A DNA stretch of 64,000 nucleotides from contig CAVVUN010000001.1 in assembly GCA_963751455.1 (NCBI GenBank), positions 608,001 to 672,000 of the forward strand, read 5' to 3'. Each line of letters begins with the position of its first letter. Within the stretch, counting starts at the first letter, position 1. This stretch comes from Nitrospirota bacterium (GTDB taxonomy: Bacteria; Nitrospirota; UBA9217). The translations under genes were made by a program, and so were the position numbers. The notes under the pieces were generated by a model, which was not told the DNA's origin, ran no database searches, and saw nothing but the letters and a program-made list of their open reading frames with translations. This document shows positions 1-9,400 of the stretch, one piece after another.

Positions 1-252
1 ACCGAGCAAGTCGAAACAAAAGTTTTCGAACTCAACGTCTTTTAAAATTTCAAAATGTATACTTTTCATTTTTACCTACTCTTGGATTGTATCAATTTAA
101 CAGCCATAACCGCCTATTGCCCCCATGCCCATTTGCCTTTCGTGCGAAGGCGATGAACCTTGCAAAAACAGTCAAGGGCTTGTTCGGGTCTATTATTTAA
201 TGACTCTCCCTCTCTGATATAATGATCATATAACAAGAAGGAGGTAAGAAAA

Positions 253-513
253 ATGACGAGTGATAAAGATAAAAAATTGGTGACTCCAGAGGATTTATTG
301 CACGTTTCTGATGTGGCAACTTCTGGAATACTTGCCGTTGCATCGATTTTATCCCATATTGTTTGCATCCTTGCTGATCAATTGAGCCTCGATCGAAAAC
401 TCCTGATTCAAGAAATTAATCGACTTTATGCGCCGACAGATAAATCCGAAGTTTATCAAACAGCTTATAATAACGCTCGTCGACTGCTCTTGGAAAGTCT
501 TCAACAAGAATAA
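253..513 (+). CDS. hypothetical protein (86 aa), opposite orientation to the integron cassettes
   Basis: ORF preceded by the SD-like GAGGT (241-245); no recognisable family. Confidence 0.5.
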   Translation: MTSDKDKKLVTPEDLLHVSDVATSGILAVASILSHIVCILADQLSLDRKLLIQEINRLYAPTDKSEVYQTAYNNARRLLLESLQQE

Positions 514-689
514 CGGAATCTGCTCATAGACTTTTTTGGGTAGTTCTCCCGATAACTTCTTTCTCTCCGTGCTTGCCGCCTGCATAGATCACTCGGACAA
601 CGGTCGGCGTCAGGATTGCTTGGAGCATCACGTCGATGTCTCCGCCTCGCCGGCTCCACCTGCCTCCACATGTTTTTGCGCGCATTAAA

Positions 690-741
690 ATATAACGCGA
701 AGATGAGCCCCGTCCCGTGGGGCTCGATCTTCTGGTTGGAA
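690..741 (-). other. integron attC site (52 bp) closing the DUF6680-like cassette
   Basis: Minus strand: R'' TTCCAAC, 5 nt, L'' GATCGAGC, loop, L' GCTCATC, 5 nt, R' GTTATAT. It starts a few bases after the stop at 747, and R'' is complementary to the GTTGGAA that opens this cassette. Confidence 0.85.
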
Positions 742-746
742 GCACA

Positions 747-1358
747 TCAAGATACAGGAGAATTTGGCGCGTCAGGTGTAGCGGGGCCGCCTACTTGTGG
801 CAGTGACGTGGCAGCGTCGGGCTTGGTTGCTTGCCGAGGTGGTAACGCGATAGTAGCGGTTGGCAGGAATCTTTTATTTTGCAAGATTTCAAGCCAAAGT
901 TTTCTCGTTTGGTAATTATCTTTATCTGAATCATCGTAAGCGGAGGGATAGTATGACCCGGCTTTTATTTGGACCTTATCAAAATTATATCCAAGATTTT
1001 TTGACATCTCATACAGGAGGTCAACAAGTAATTCGGCCTTCCGGGTGCCCCACATGTTTTTTGGGTATTGTTCGTCGGCCAAATGATTCGTATATAGACG
1101 AGCTGCGGCAACGACAGATGATGATGCATCGGGGGGAGCTTGGAACTCTAACTCCACAAGATTCAGAGCTTCAACGTGCATTGCTGCTAGGGGTGCAGAC
1201 CGAGTGGCCATTAGAGTTCTAAAAATATGCACCTTTCGATCACGAGAATCTTTTCTGTGTCTCAAGGCTTCGGTAATACGCACAGCGATAATTGGGCCTA
1301 CGACGACAGCGCCGATCATGATTATATCGGTAATTTTAATTGTCCAATCCCAAGACAT
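747..1358 (-). CDS. DUF6680-like membrane-anchored protein, integron cassette 2
   Basis: N-terminal TM segment GAVVVGPIIAV followed by IFRTLMATR...HVEALNLVELEF; SD AAGGAG; bounded by attC sites. Confidence 0.75.
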   Translation of the reverse strand: MSWDWTIKITDIIMIGAVVVGPIIAVRITEALRHRKDSRDRKVHIFRTLMATRSAPLAAMHVEALNLVELEFQAPPDASSSVVAAARLYTNHLADEQYPKNMWGTRKAELLVDLLYEMSKNLGYNFDKVQIKAGSYYPSAYDDSDKDNYQTRKLWLEILQNKRFLPTATIALPPRQATKPDAATSLPQVGGPATPDAPNSPVS

Positions 1359-1425
1359 ATGCGATTCTCCTTTTCTTTTGACTTTGTGGCCCGCTGACCC
1401 GGGAGTCGAGCGTGTGGTTGGAAAT

Positions 1426-1481
1426 TTCCAACGACGAGTTCACATGCCGCGAAGCGGTCGGCGTGGAACGACAAGTTAGAT
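1426..1481 (-). other. integron attC site (56 bp) closing the ATPase-TIR cassette
   Basis: Minus strand: R'' ATCTAAC, 5 nt, L'' GTTCCACG, loop with CCGC-TTC-GCGG hairpin, L' TGTGAAC, 5 nt, R' GTTGGAA. R'' is complementary to GTTAGAT at 4394-4400. Confidence 0.88.
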
Positions 1482-2739
1482 GTTTTATGGTACGTTAAAT
1501 ACTCTCGATTCGTGCAACAAGTTTGTAAATAATTTCTTCCGTTACTTTGTTTGACAATTCCGCTGGAGGTATACCAGCCTGAGAAAAGTGTATTCCTACG
1601 ATATCTTTGGGGATTCCCGGAAAAGATGTTTGATCAAGGTAAATAGGAATAACCGCCGCCTCGGGAACGCGAGGTATAAAACATTCGCGTTCAAATGTTG
1701 GCCATATTTTTTCAAGATGATGGATGTCAAGCAGGCAAGCTATAAATCTGGACTTGTCACCGAATATTTCCAGGAAGGTTTTGTGCCAAGCTTGGCCCAA
1801 GTAATTTGCTTCAAATAGCTCATCAAAGAAAACGGAGAAATCGAGTGTTTCCAATTGGTCTTTTATCAATTTTGCTAAATTTCTATTTTCTCCCGCAAAT
1901 GAAATGGCAAAATCGAAATCAAAATCACGCCCACCCGTACGGAACCCACACCGTTTTCTGAGATCCTCCCAATTCAGATGTTTGACATAATAAAATAAGG
2001 CCGGGTCTTCTATTGCAAAGTGCTTGGTGGCCGGGTTGTAATAAAAATAACGTTCGCAAATGGGCTTAGAATCAATAAGTATGGAAAGCCTTTTTTCCTT
2101 TACGTTATTGATGCTGCCGCGAACATTCGGATTAGCATTTGCAAGTTCCGTGAGATCAACTATAGAACTCTCTTGCTCGCTCACGCACTTCAACAATTTA
2201 AGGTAGGGATCATTTGTAGATCGAAATCTATTGCCGCGGCAGAATTCGGTGACAGGTTCATTGTATGCGTGATCTAACCGGTCAGTTACCTTGCGCCTCA
2301 GCGTTGGAATGTCATAATTGAGACCGACTTTCGTGTCGCAGGTTTTAGTTATGTTGTTAATAAGGCAGATCGCTTGGCAGACTAATTGGGTTAACCAATA
2401 GTCACCTTTTGTTTCTTCGTAGATTGAATCATGATTGCTGATCTTGATGTTTAGCTTATTCTCGCCCTTCAAGATTAGTTCTTTTGTGGTTTCGATTGGT
2501 GCGGGTTTTATACGGTGAATTCCACATCGTTTTGATATGTCGTGAACAAGGTGAATTAACTCGCTGCCAACTTTATTTATTCCAATAATCACAATCTTTA
2601 AACGAGAGCCCTCTTCGTAATCCTCGGCAGCGACCTTGATCAGATTCGCAATTTTTTCTTGACGGTCATTGTCGAGGCGGTGAAAGTCGTCTATCACATA
2701 GCGCCCCTGTTCTGTTCCAGCGGCAATAGATAATATTTT

Positions 2740-4128
2740 GGTAGTGTAGAAAAGGAGAGACTTTGGACATGAAGTAACAACAAATTGCCCTCCATTTTAT
2801 GGATAATAGTTTTGGACGAAACTAACCATAAAACAGGAGGGCAATATGGGTGTTACCCCACAAAGGAAAGGTATCACCATCAGTTTTGATTGTCAATTTG
2901 AAGTGCATTTGAAGGACAGCTCTCTTTCATCAATACTCGCCGCCTTTGCCGAGCTTTTGCCGCAGATTTTGACGGACTTCATTCAGAAAGTGCTTGTAGG
3001 CTTTGGCGAGCATGTGATGGCTCTTAAGAAAAAGCCTTTTGCCTGCGGGTGCGGCAATGATCGGGAATTCACATGGAAGACGCGGCACGGGAAAAAGACT
3101 AAGATTCATGCCTTTTACCAATGGGTCTGGTTACAGCAGCTCCAGGTTGTTTGCAAACGCTGTGGGAGTAAGCTCTACATCACCCGAAAGCTGCTCGGAA
3201 TGAAGCCGAAAAAGCGAATAGCGGCAGAAATTTATCGAAAGCTTGGGCTTCTGGGTTCCTTGACAACCTTTCGTGTGGCGGAGAAGATCGGCAAGATGTT
3301 CGGCTGGGCCGTGGACAAGATGACGGTCTGGAGCGCTGTCCAAAAGACGGGGTCGGAAATAGAGTTCAAGGTTGATGAAAAGGAGCTTCCCCAGGGCGAG
3401 GCTGACGGGACCGGGATCGGCATCAAGGGAATCAAGAAGCGCGGGAAGGAATTGAAGGCGTTCATACAGTACAAGAAGGGTGGCGGCGTGCGGGTGGCGG
3501 GCCTTGATATCGGGAATTATAACGGGTCCTGGGACAACCTTTTCAAGAAGAGTCTCAAGGCTCTGGGGAGCTTCACCCGTCCGTTTTCCTTAATCACCGA
3601 CGGCGACACCTCCATCCTGGATGCTCTTAAGGGGAAGGTGAAGATAATTGTTCAGCGCTGCTTGTGGCATATTCCCTATCAAGCGAAGTATGTGTTGTGG
3701 CAGGACAAAGTGAAGCGTAAGAGCGAGGACTGGTTGTATGTGATCGTGGAGCTGATGGAAATCTGCGCGATACGGCCGTTTGTAGACGACAAGCAGACGA
3801 TAGCCGCGATGATCGCTTCGAAGAAGGCCCGGCTGGATGAACTGATAAAGCGGTGCGCTGAGAGAGAATATACTCACACAGCCGCTTATCTTGAAAATGC
3901 CCGCCCGGATATGTTTACGGCGATCAAGAAGAGATTAGACGGTAAGACCACGAGCAAGGTGGAGCGACTCATGCGCACGGTCAATATGCGGGTAAACGTG
4001 AGCAAGTGGACCGAGGCCGGAGCGCTGAATGTCATGAAAGTCCGGCTGGCTTATTACTATAACGGATTTGATGCATAATGCGCGTAAAATGGGGGGCTTT
4101 TGTCAGGTCTCCACTTGACAACGCTACC
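2740..4128 (+). mobile_element. ISH6-like insertion sequence, 1389 bp
   Basis: Imperfect terminal inverted repeats GGTAGTGTAGAAAAGGAGAGAC / GGTAGCGTTGTCAAGTGGAGAC; 8-bp target duplication AATATTTT at 2732-2739 and 4129-4136. Confidence 0.9.
2846..4078 (+). CDS. DDE transposase (ISH6 / Mutator-like)
   Basis: GEADGTG, LITDGD, QRCLWH and TTSKVERLMR motifs; SD GGAGG; lies inside the TIRs. Confidence 0.88.
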   Translation: MGVTPQRKGITISFDCQFEVHLKDSSLSSILAAFAELLPQILTDFIQKVLVGFGEHVMALKKKPFACGCGNDREFTWKTRHGKKTKIHAFYQWVWLQQLQVVCKRCGSKLYITRKLLGMKPKKRIAAEIYRKLGLLGSLTTFRVAEKIGKMFGWAVDKMTVWSAVQKTGSEIEFKVDEKELPQGEADGTGIGIKGIKKRGKELKAFIQYKKGGGVRVAGLDIGNYNGSWDNLFKKSLKALGSFTRPFSLITDGDTSILDALKGKVKIIVQRCLWHIPYQAKYVLWQDKVKRKSEDWLYVIVELMEICAIRPFVDDKQTIAAMIASKKARLDELIKRCAEREYTHTAAYLENARPDMFTAIKKRLDGKTTSKVERLMRTVNMRVNVSKWTEAGALNVMKVRLAYYYNGFDA

Positions 4129-4393
4129 AATATTTTGGGAATGTCTTTGGCTTTTCTTGCACTTAGATATACAAATGGAGCTCCAGAAATGTTTTCCTCA
4201 ATAATTCGACGAACCGTGGTTGTTTTCCCTGTGCCGGACTGTCCCTCAATAATTACGGGTTTTCCAGGGTTACGTATATCAACAAGTAACTCATTAAAAT
4301 TTGGAGGATTGACAAAAGTAAATGCGGGCACTCCTTCTGTTCGAAAGATTTCCTCAACCGGGTATATCATATTGCCTCCAATATCAATTTAAA

Positions 4394-4400
4394 ATCTAAC
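4394..4400 (-). other. probable attI crossover point (G/TTAGAT)
   Basis: GTTRRRY match 24 nt upstream of the cassette-1 start codon, complementary to the R'' of that cassette's attC, with no attC hairpin upstream of it, and lying between intI and the array. Confidence 0.7.
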
Positions 4401-4575
4401 CAGTGTTTGAAGGGACGGAAACCGTCCCGTGATTTACGAAAAACCGGTATTAGTCTTCGAGAAAATGCACATTCGATCAATAATGCGCACTTTTTTGCTG
4501 CCGTGGATGCGCCCAGTCTAATACCGGAATTCCGGTATTAGTTTGATGCATTTCTGCAACTTTTCATTAATCGCG

Positions 4576-4604
4576 AGTATATTTTATGCTTTCCGGCATG
4601 TCAA
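4576..4604 (-). promoter_or_regulatory. cassette promoter (Pc equivalent), sigma70 type
   Basis: TTGACA-17 nt-TATACT pointing into the cassette array. Confidence 0.8.
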
Positions 4605-4667
4605 GATAAAGTGTTGACTATTCAGGTTGGAATACTCGCAGCGATAATTTTCTCGAATAAGAAATCT

Positions 4668-4700
4668 GGATTGCCGCGTCGCTTTGCTCCTCGCAATGAC
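4668..4700. repeat. half copy of the GTCATTGCGAG-type palindromic repeat
   Basis: GGATTGCCGCGTCGCTTTGCTCCTCGCAATGAC matches one arm of the elements at 14746-14822 and 54356-54467. Confidence 0.7.
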
Positions 4701-4745
4701 GGCATAAAAAACAGAAACATTTTTAAAATTATTTTTGTTCTGCAC

Positions 4746-4774
4746 TTGACAAGTGAACATTTGTTCACTATACT
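4746..4774 (+). promoter_or_regulatory. intI promoter with a palindromic operator (LexA-box-like) in its spacer
   Basis: TTGACA (4746-4751)-17 nt-TATACT (4769-4774); the spacer holds GTGAACATTTGTTCAC (GAAC-N4-GTTC). Confidence 0.8.
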
Positions 4775-4826
4775 TTTGTTACCTCGTAAGGTTGAGATTT
4801 CTTAACGTTATGGAGCGCCGGCGGCC

Positions 4827-5402
4827 ATGCAACCTGTACCTAAAGATATTTTGGCTAAATTTGACGGACTTCTGAAACAGCGGAATGTCCCGCTGTTCTC
4901 CCGAGCCGGTTACCGAAAGTGGATGCTATACTTTCTCGACTTTCGCGCCAAATATCCGCTTCCTGACGCCAAAACGGATCAAGTGAAGTTGTTCGCCGAC
5001 AAGTTGCGGTCAAAGAATCAAACCGCCGCGCAAGTTGAGCAGGCAGCGGATGCGATTTCCTTGTTTTTCGCTTTACATCGCTGGGAAAAGAATGTGTCTT
5101 CATCGGCCACCTGGCAGATTGTGTCCCCGGCAAATGTGCCTCGGATAAAATACGATCGAGCTCCGGAAGCGGAATTGAAAAAGGAATTCAGCATGGTGTG
5201 CGAACCCCCGGCCTCTTCCATGCCGTACGCACCGCGGCTCAGAAGCGGTAAGCAATACGACGAATGGCGCTGTCTTCGAAAGACCGCGTCTTCGGCATGG
5301 GACAAGGTAATAGCGCTGCTCGCTGACGAGATCAAGATTCGGAGTTCAAAGTTCTTGATTCAAGAGGAAACTTTGCATATCTCCTGCCGGCTCTTTCCCT
5401 AA
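4827..5402 (+). pseudogene. intI: integron integrase, N-terminal part only (catalytic domain deleted)
   Basis: SAM-like N-terminal domain (YRKWMLYFLDF...QVEQAADAISLFF), then WDKVIALLADEIKIR, where similarity stops; no RHRHY residues; divergent from the attI/attC array. Confidence 0.75.
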
Positions 5403-5480
5403 TAACAGAATGGTGCAGAAATAATCCTTGACTCTTTACTACTTTTTATATATATACTTTTATATATTTGGAGGGTATCT

Positions 5481-6023
5481 ATGTCTGTGAAGTACGCCAT
5501 GCTCGGCATCCTTGCGGAAAAGGACCTGCACGGGTATGAACTCAAAAGCAGCTTTGACGAAAAGGTCGGTGAGTTCTGGAGCCTGAACTACGGGCAGATA
5601 TACACTACCCTCGACCGGCTGGAGAAGGAAGATCTCGTCACCTATGACCGGCAGACACAGGACAGGCGGCCGGACAGAAAGATCTACAGCATCACCCGGA
5701 AAGGCAGGAAGGAGCTTGACGAATGGCTTGCCACACCGGTCAACCGCGTGCGCGCCCTGAGGGACGAATTCTTCATTAAACTCGTGTTCATGGACAAGAA
5801 CAATCCCGCGCCTGTCCTTGATCTGATCGAAAAGCAGAAGACCCTCTATCTCAAACAAATGAACCGGCTCACTCACCAGAAAGTCGAATTAAAGAAAAAA
5901 CCCAAAGCCCCTGATGCGCTTACCACTGAACTGCTGATGGATGCCGGACTCTTTCACGCGGAAGCAGACATCAAGTGGCTGACGTTGTGCGAAGCGAAGA
6001 TCAAAGCAGCGATCAAAAAATAA
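5481..6023 (+). CDS. PadR-family transcriptional regulator (long, AphA-like subtype)
   Basis: LHGYEL...WSLNYGQIYTTLDRLEKE...RKIYSITRKGRKEL..W plus helical C-terminal domain; SD GGAGG. Confidence 0.92.
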   Translation: MSVKYAMLGILAEKDLHGYELKSSFDEKVGEFWSLNYGQIYTTLDRLEKEDLVTYDRQTQDRRPDRKIYSITRKGRKELDEWLATPVNRVRALRDEFFIKLVFMDKNNPAPVLDLIEKQKTLYLKQMNRLTHQKVELKKKPKAPDALTTELLMDAGLFHAEADIKWLTLCEAKIKAAIKK

Positions 6024-6068
6024 AAACGGTTTAAGCCGCTTAAACGGTTTGAACAGTTTAAACTGTAA
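6024..6068. repeat. five degenerate 9-bp tandem units (AAACGGTTT type)
   Basis: AAACGGTTT AAGCCGCTT AAACGGTTT GAACAGTTT AAACTGTAA between padR and the ATPase gene. Confidence 0.7.
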
Positions 6069-6085
6069 AACCCACGAGGTGAATT

Positions 6086-6808
6086 ATGATTGAGTTGAAG
6101 AATGCCAGCAAAAAATACCAGCAGGGAGCACGGGAAGTTCATGCGTTACGGGATATATCTCTCTTTATCAAGAAAGGCGAGTTCCTCTCCATCATGGGGC
6201 CGAGCGGTTCAGGCAAGAGCACGCTCCTGAATTTGATCGGCGGCCTCGATCAGCCCACATCCGGCCAAATATTTATCGACGACAAGCCGCTCCACGGCAT
6301 TTCGGACAACGAGCTGACGCTGATCCGCCGGAAGCGCGTCGGGTTCATCTTCCAGTTCTTCAACCTTCTCCCGGTCCTGACCGCGATCGAAAACGTGAGC
6401 CTTCCCCTGCTGCTCGGAGGCATCTCCCTCTCTGAGATCAAACCGAAGGCGGTTGCCCTGCTGGAGCAAGTAGGACTTGGCGCCAGAGGAGAGCATCGCC
6501 CTGAACAGCTCTCCGGAGGTGAAATGCAACGGGTCGCCATTGCCCGCGCGCTTGTCACCAACCCGGCTGTTCTCCTTGCTGATGAGCCGACCGGAAACCT
6601 CGATTCCCATACCAGTGAGGAAATATTCATGCTCCTCAAGTCCCTGAACGAACAGGGACAGACTATTGTGATGGTAACGCACGATCCCAAGGCCGCTGCC
6701 TATGGTTCGCGTATCATTACACTGAAAGACGGCGCCCTTTCGGAAGATATATCCATCGGAGGATCCCAGCATGACTCTTGTCAATCTGCTCCGTTATATC
6801 AGTCTTAA
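6086..6808 (+). CDS. ABC transporter ATP-binding protein (LolD/MacB type)
   Basis: GPSGSGKS, LSGGEMQRVAIARAL, LADEPTGNLD, VTHD. Confidence 0.95.
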   Translation: MIELKNASKKYQQGAREVHALRDISLFIKKGEFLSIMGPSGSGKSTLLNLIGGLDQPTSGQIFIDDKPLHGISDNELTLIRRKRVGFIFQFFNLLPVLTAIENVSLPLLLGGISLSEIKPKAVALLEQVGLGARGEHRPEQLSGGEMQRVAIARALVTNPAVLLADEPTGNLDSHTSEEIFMLLKSLNEQGQTIVMVTHDPKAAAYGSRIITLKDGALSEDISIGGSQHDSCQSAPLYQS

Positions 6809-9368
6809 GCGCCTGAAACTGCACAAAGCCCAGACCTTCATGTCCGTGTGCGGCATCGCGCTCGGCGTTTCCACCATCGTGTCCATCGGGATCGTGAGCG
6901 AGAGTGTCGTCCGCTCCTTCGAGGAATCGATCACAAAAATCGGAGGAAAGGCTGCCCTGCAGGTCCTCGGCCCCGAGTCGGGTTTTCCCGAGGAGATGCT
7001 GGACCGCGTCCAAACGGTCGCCGGCGTGGAGCATGCCGTTCCTGTCATCGAAGCAGAAGCACCTTTCGCAAATGCGAAAGAGCGCGCCCTCACGGTCCTG
7101 GGTGTGGATGTGCTTCAGGACAGCCACATGCGGGAGTACAGCGTCTCCGATGAAAGTGCAGATATCCCCGATCCCCTTCTGTTCCTGGCAAGACCCGACT
7201 CTCTGCTCATCACCCGGGAAATAGCGAAGCGCGAAGGTTTCCACATCGACCAGACAATAACATTATCGACCGTGCAGGGTCCGCGAACCCTTCGGATACG
7301 CGGTCTGATGAACCCTGAAGGACCGGCAAAGGCCCTTGCCGGCAACATCGCGATCATGGACCTCTATGCAGCGCAGCTTGCCTTCGGCAAGGAGGGACGC
7401 ATCGACCGCATCGATGTCAGCCTTGTCCGGGGAGAACAGGTGGAAGCGGTCCGTCAGCGCATCATTGCCGCGCTTCCCGAGGGATATACTGTCGAAACAG
7501 CTGCAGGCCGGACCAGGCAGTTCGATGTCGTGGTATCCAATTTCAGCAAGTTCATCAGCACCCTCGGCCTCGCGGCCCTTGTGGCCGGCATGTATCTTAT
7601 TTTCAACGCGGTATCGATCGCCGTGGTGCAGCGGAGGAAAGAGATCGGCATTCTGCGCGCCATGGGCGCCGGCCGCGGACTGATCACGAAACTCTTCCTG
7701 TCCGAGACCATGGTGATCGCACTGGTCGGCTCTTTCCTCGGTGTCTGCGCGGGAATATTTTTCGCCTGGGCATCTCTGAAACCGTTCAGCCGGAGCATGG
7801 AGCAGCTGTACCAATATACCTATGCCGGGTCGACGACGCTCAGTTACTCATGGCGCTATCCGCTGGCCGGGATCGTTATCGGGTTTGTTTCCGCCCTTCT
7901 CGCCTCCTTTTTCCCGGCTCGTTCCGCGGCCCGGATCGCGCCGATCTCCGCAATCCGTTCCCTGCCGCAGTCTGATGACGACCGGTCCGCAAGTTCCAGG
8001 GCGCTCATCGTTTCATTGTGCTGTCTTGCTCTCGCCGGCGTCATGGTCATCCTGTTCACCGTTCTGCACGCCCCGGGCAGGAACATCATATTCACGATCG
8101 TTTTCTGCGCGGAGTTGCTGCTCCTGCTCGGCCTTTCCCTGGCAATGCCGTCCGTTCTGCGCGTCTTCATGAGAGTGTTCCATCGCTTCGCGTCTCCGCG
8201 TCTCGGCGCCACGACCCGTCTTGCCGGGCTGAACATCCGGAAGAACATCGGACGGAACGCCGTGGCATCGGGAGCGGTCCTTCTCGGGCTTTCGCTCTTC
8301 ATCGCCATATCGAACATCATAGTTTCCCTGGAGTATACCATCGTCAACTGGATAAACGTCCAGACGTCATGCGACCTTCTTGTGACCATGGGCCATTCGA
8401 TCACCGGTATGTCGATGCGAAGCAAACCCATGCCCTCGGAGGTGAGGAAGGATATCGACAGCATACCCGGCGTGGCGCTCACTGACGTGTACCGAAGGAT
8501 ATTCATTCCCTTCAGGGACTCGCGGATCTTGCTGGAAAGTGTGGATGTGAGGAAAAGATTGGAGTACGCTTCCTTCATCGTGCTCCAAGGAGATCAAAAG
8601 CGCATCACGGACCTGCTGCCCGGCCAAAACAATGTGATCGTGAGCGAATGTCTGGCCGCCCGCCATGGCATGAGGCCCGGCGATGTCATATCTCTGCTGA
8701 CACCGGCCGGACCGGTGTCCTTCGGAATTGCGGCCGTTATCGCCGACTACAGCTATGACCAGGGCTCCGTGCTTATGGACACCAACACGTATAAACGCCT
8801 CTGGAATGACCGTTTGTCGGACGGGATCGCCGTAAAGATATCCGATAAGGATCAACTCCAGTCGATCCGGGCGGCCATCGTTGCCAAGCTGCAAGCGAGA
8901 GGCGATGTCTACGTGATCACCCTGGACGAATGGAACCGTGAAGTTCGATCCAGCATGGACCGGATCTACTCAAGCTTTCATGCGCTGAACGTGATGACGC
9001 TGTCCATCGCCTGCATCGGCATCATCATTACGCTCGTTGCATCGGTGCTTGAACGGACCAGGGAGATCGGGATCCTGCGCTCTCTCGGAGCCGTGAAACG
9101 CCAAATAAGCCGGATCGTGGTCATGGAATCAATGATCCTGGGTCTTGTGGGAGGTTTCGTGGGCATCGCAGGAGGCGTACTCCTCGGCTGGATGGCGGTC
9201 TACGGCATGGTGCGCGGCGAATCAGGCATGACCGTGCAATACATGATCGATTACCGGGCATTCCTCTGGGCAATCGTATTGTCCGGCGGGCTTTCGGCCC
9301 TGGCCGGGTTCTATCCGGCCCGGCGCGCGGCCAAGACGAATATTGTCGAAGCGTTGGCGTATGAATAA
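6771..9368 (+). CDS. FtsX/MacB-type ABC permease, internally duplicated, copy 1
   Basis: Two periplasmic+FtsX halves; QRRKEIGILRAMGA and ERTREIGILRSLGA; ends PARRAAKTNIVEALAYE. Confidence 0.93.
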   Translation: MTLVNLLRYISLKRLKLHKAQTFMSVCGIALGVSTIVSIGIVSESVVRSFEESITKIGGKAALQVLGPESGFPEEMLDRVQTVAGVEHAVPVIEAEAPFANAKERALTVLGVDVLQDSHMREYSVSDESADIPDPLLFLARPDSLLITREIAKREGFHIDQTITLSTVQGPRTLRIRGLMNPEGPAKALAGNIAIMDLYAAQLAFGKEGRIDRIDVSLVRGEQVEAVRQRIIAALPEGYTVETAAGRTRQFDVVVSNFSKFISTLGLAALVAGMYLIFNAVSIAVVQRRKEIGILRAMGAGRGLITKLFLSETMVIALVGSFLGVCAGIFFAWASLKPFSRSMEQLYQYTYAGSTTLSYSWRYPLAGIVIGFVSALLASFFPARSAARIAPISAIRSLPQSDDDRSASSRALIVSLCCLALAGVMVILFTVLHAPGRNIIFTIVFCAELLLLLGLSLAMPSVLRVFMRVFHRFASPRLGATTRLAGLNIRKNIGRNAVASGAVLLGLSLFIAISNIIVSLEYTIVNWINVQTSCDLLVTMGHSITGMSMRSKPMPSEVRKDIDSIPGVALTDVYRRIFIPFRDSRILLESVDVRKRLEYASFIVLQGDQKRITDLLPGQNNVIVSECLAARHGMRPGDVISLLTPAGPVSFGIAAVIADYSYDQGSVLMDTNTYKRLWNDRLSDGIAVKISDKDQLQSIRAAIVAKLQARGDVYVITLDEWNREVRSSMDRIYSSFHALNVMTLSIACIGIIITLVASVLERTREIGILRSLGAVKRQISRIVVMESMILGLVGGFVGIAGGVLLGWMAVYGMVRGESGMTVQYMIDYRAFLWAIVLSGGLSALAGFYPARRAAKTNIVEALAYE

Positions 9369-9400
9369 ATTTACCAGCAGATTGGACGTACGAGGTTTAC

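Larger units (their letters stand above)
1495..4370 (-). pseudogene. P-loop ATPase-TIR domain protein (492 aa when reconstructed), integron cassette 1, interrupted by an IS
   Basis: 4370-4137 encodes Walker A GQSGTGKT. Removing the IS and one TSD copy joins ...KDIP-KILSIAAGTEQGRYVIDDFHRL in frame (Walker B YVIDD). C-terminal TIR: FDFAISFAGENR...VFFDE...WPTFERE. Confidence 0.9.

Noticed and set aside
104-189. Possible third attC (minus strand CCCGAAC ... GTTATGG)
   Set aside because: The L boxes do not pair convincingly and R'' does not match the GTTATAT that opens the third cassette
1495-2697. 400-aa ORF as a stand-alone TIR gene
   Set aside because: It begins at the Walker B motif and is the 3' part of the IS-split gene
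6024-6068. Short repeats as a CRISPR array
   Set aside because: The units are 9 bp with no spacers; no CRISPR array or cas gene was seen anywhere in the window
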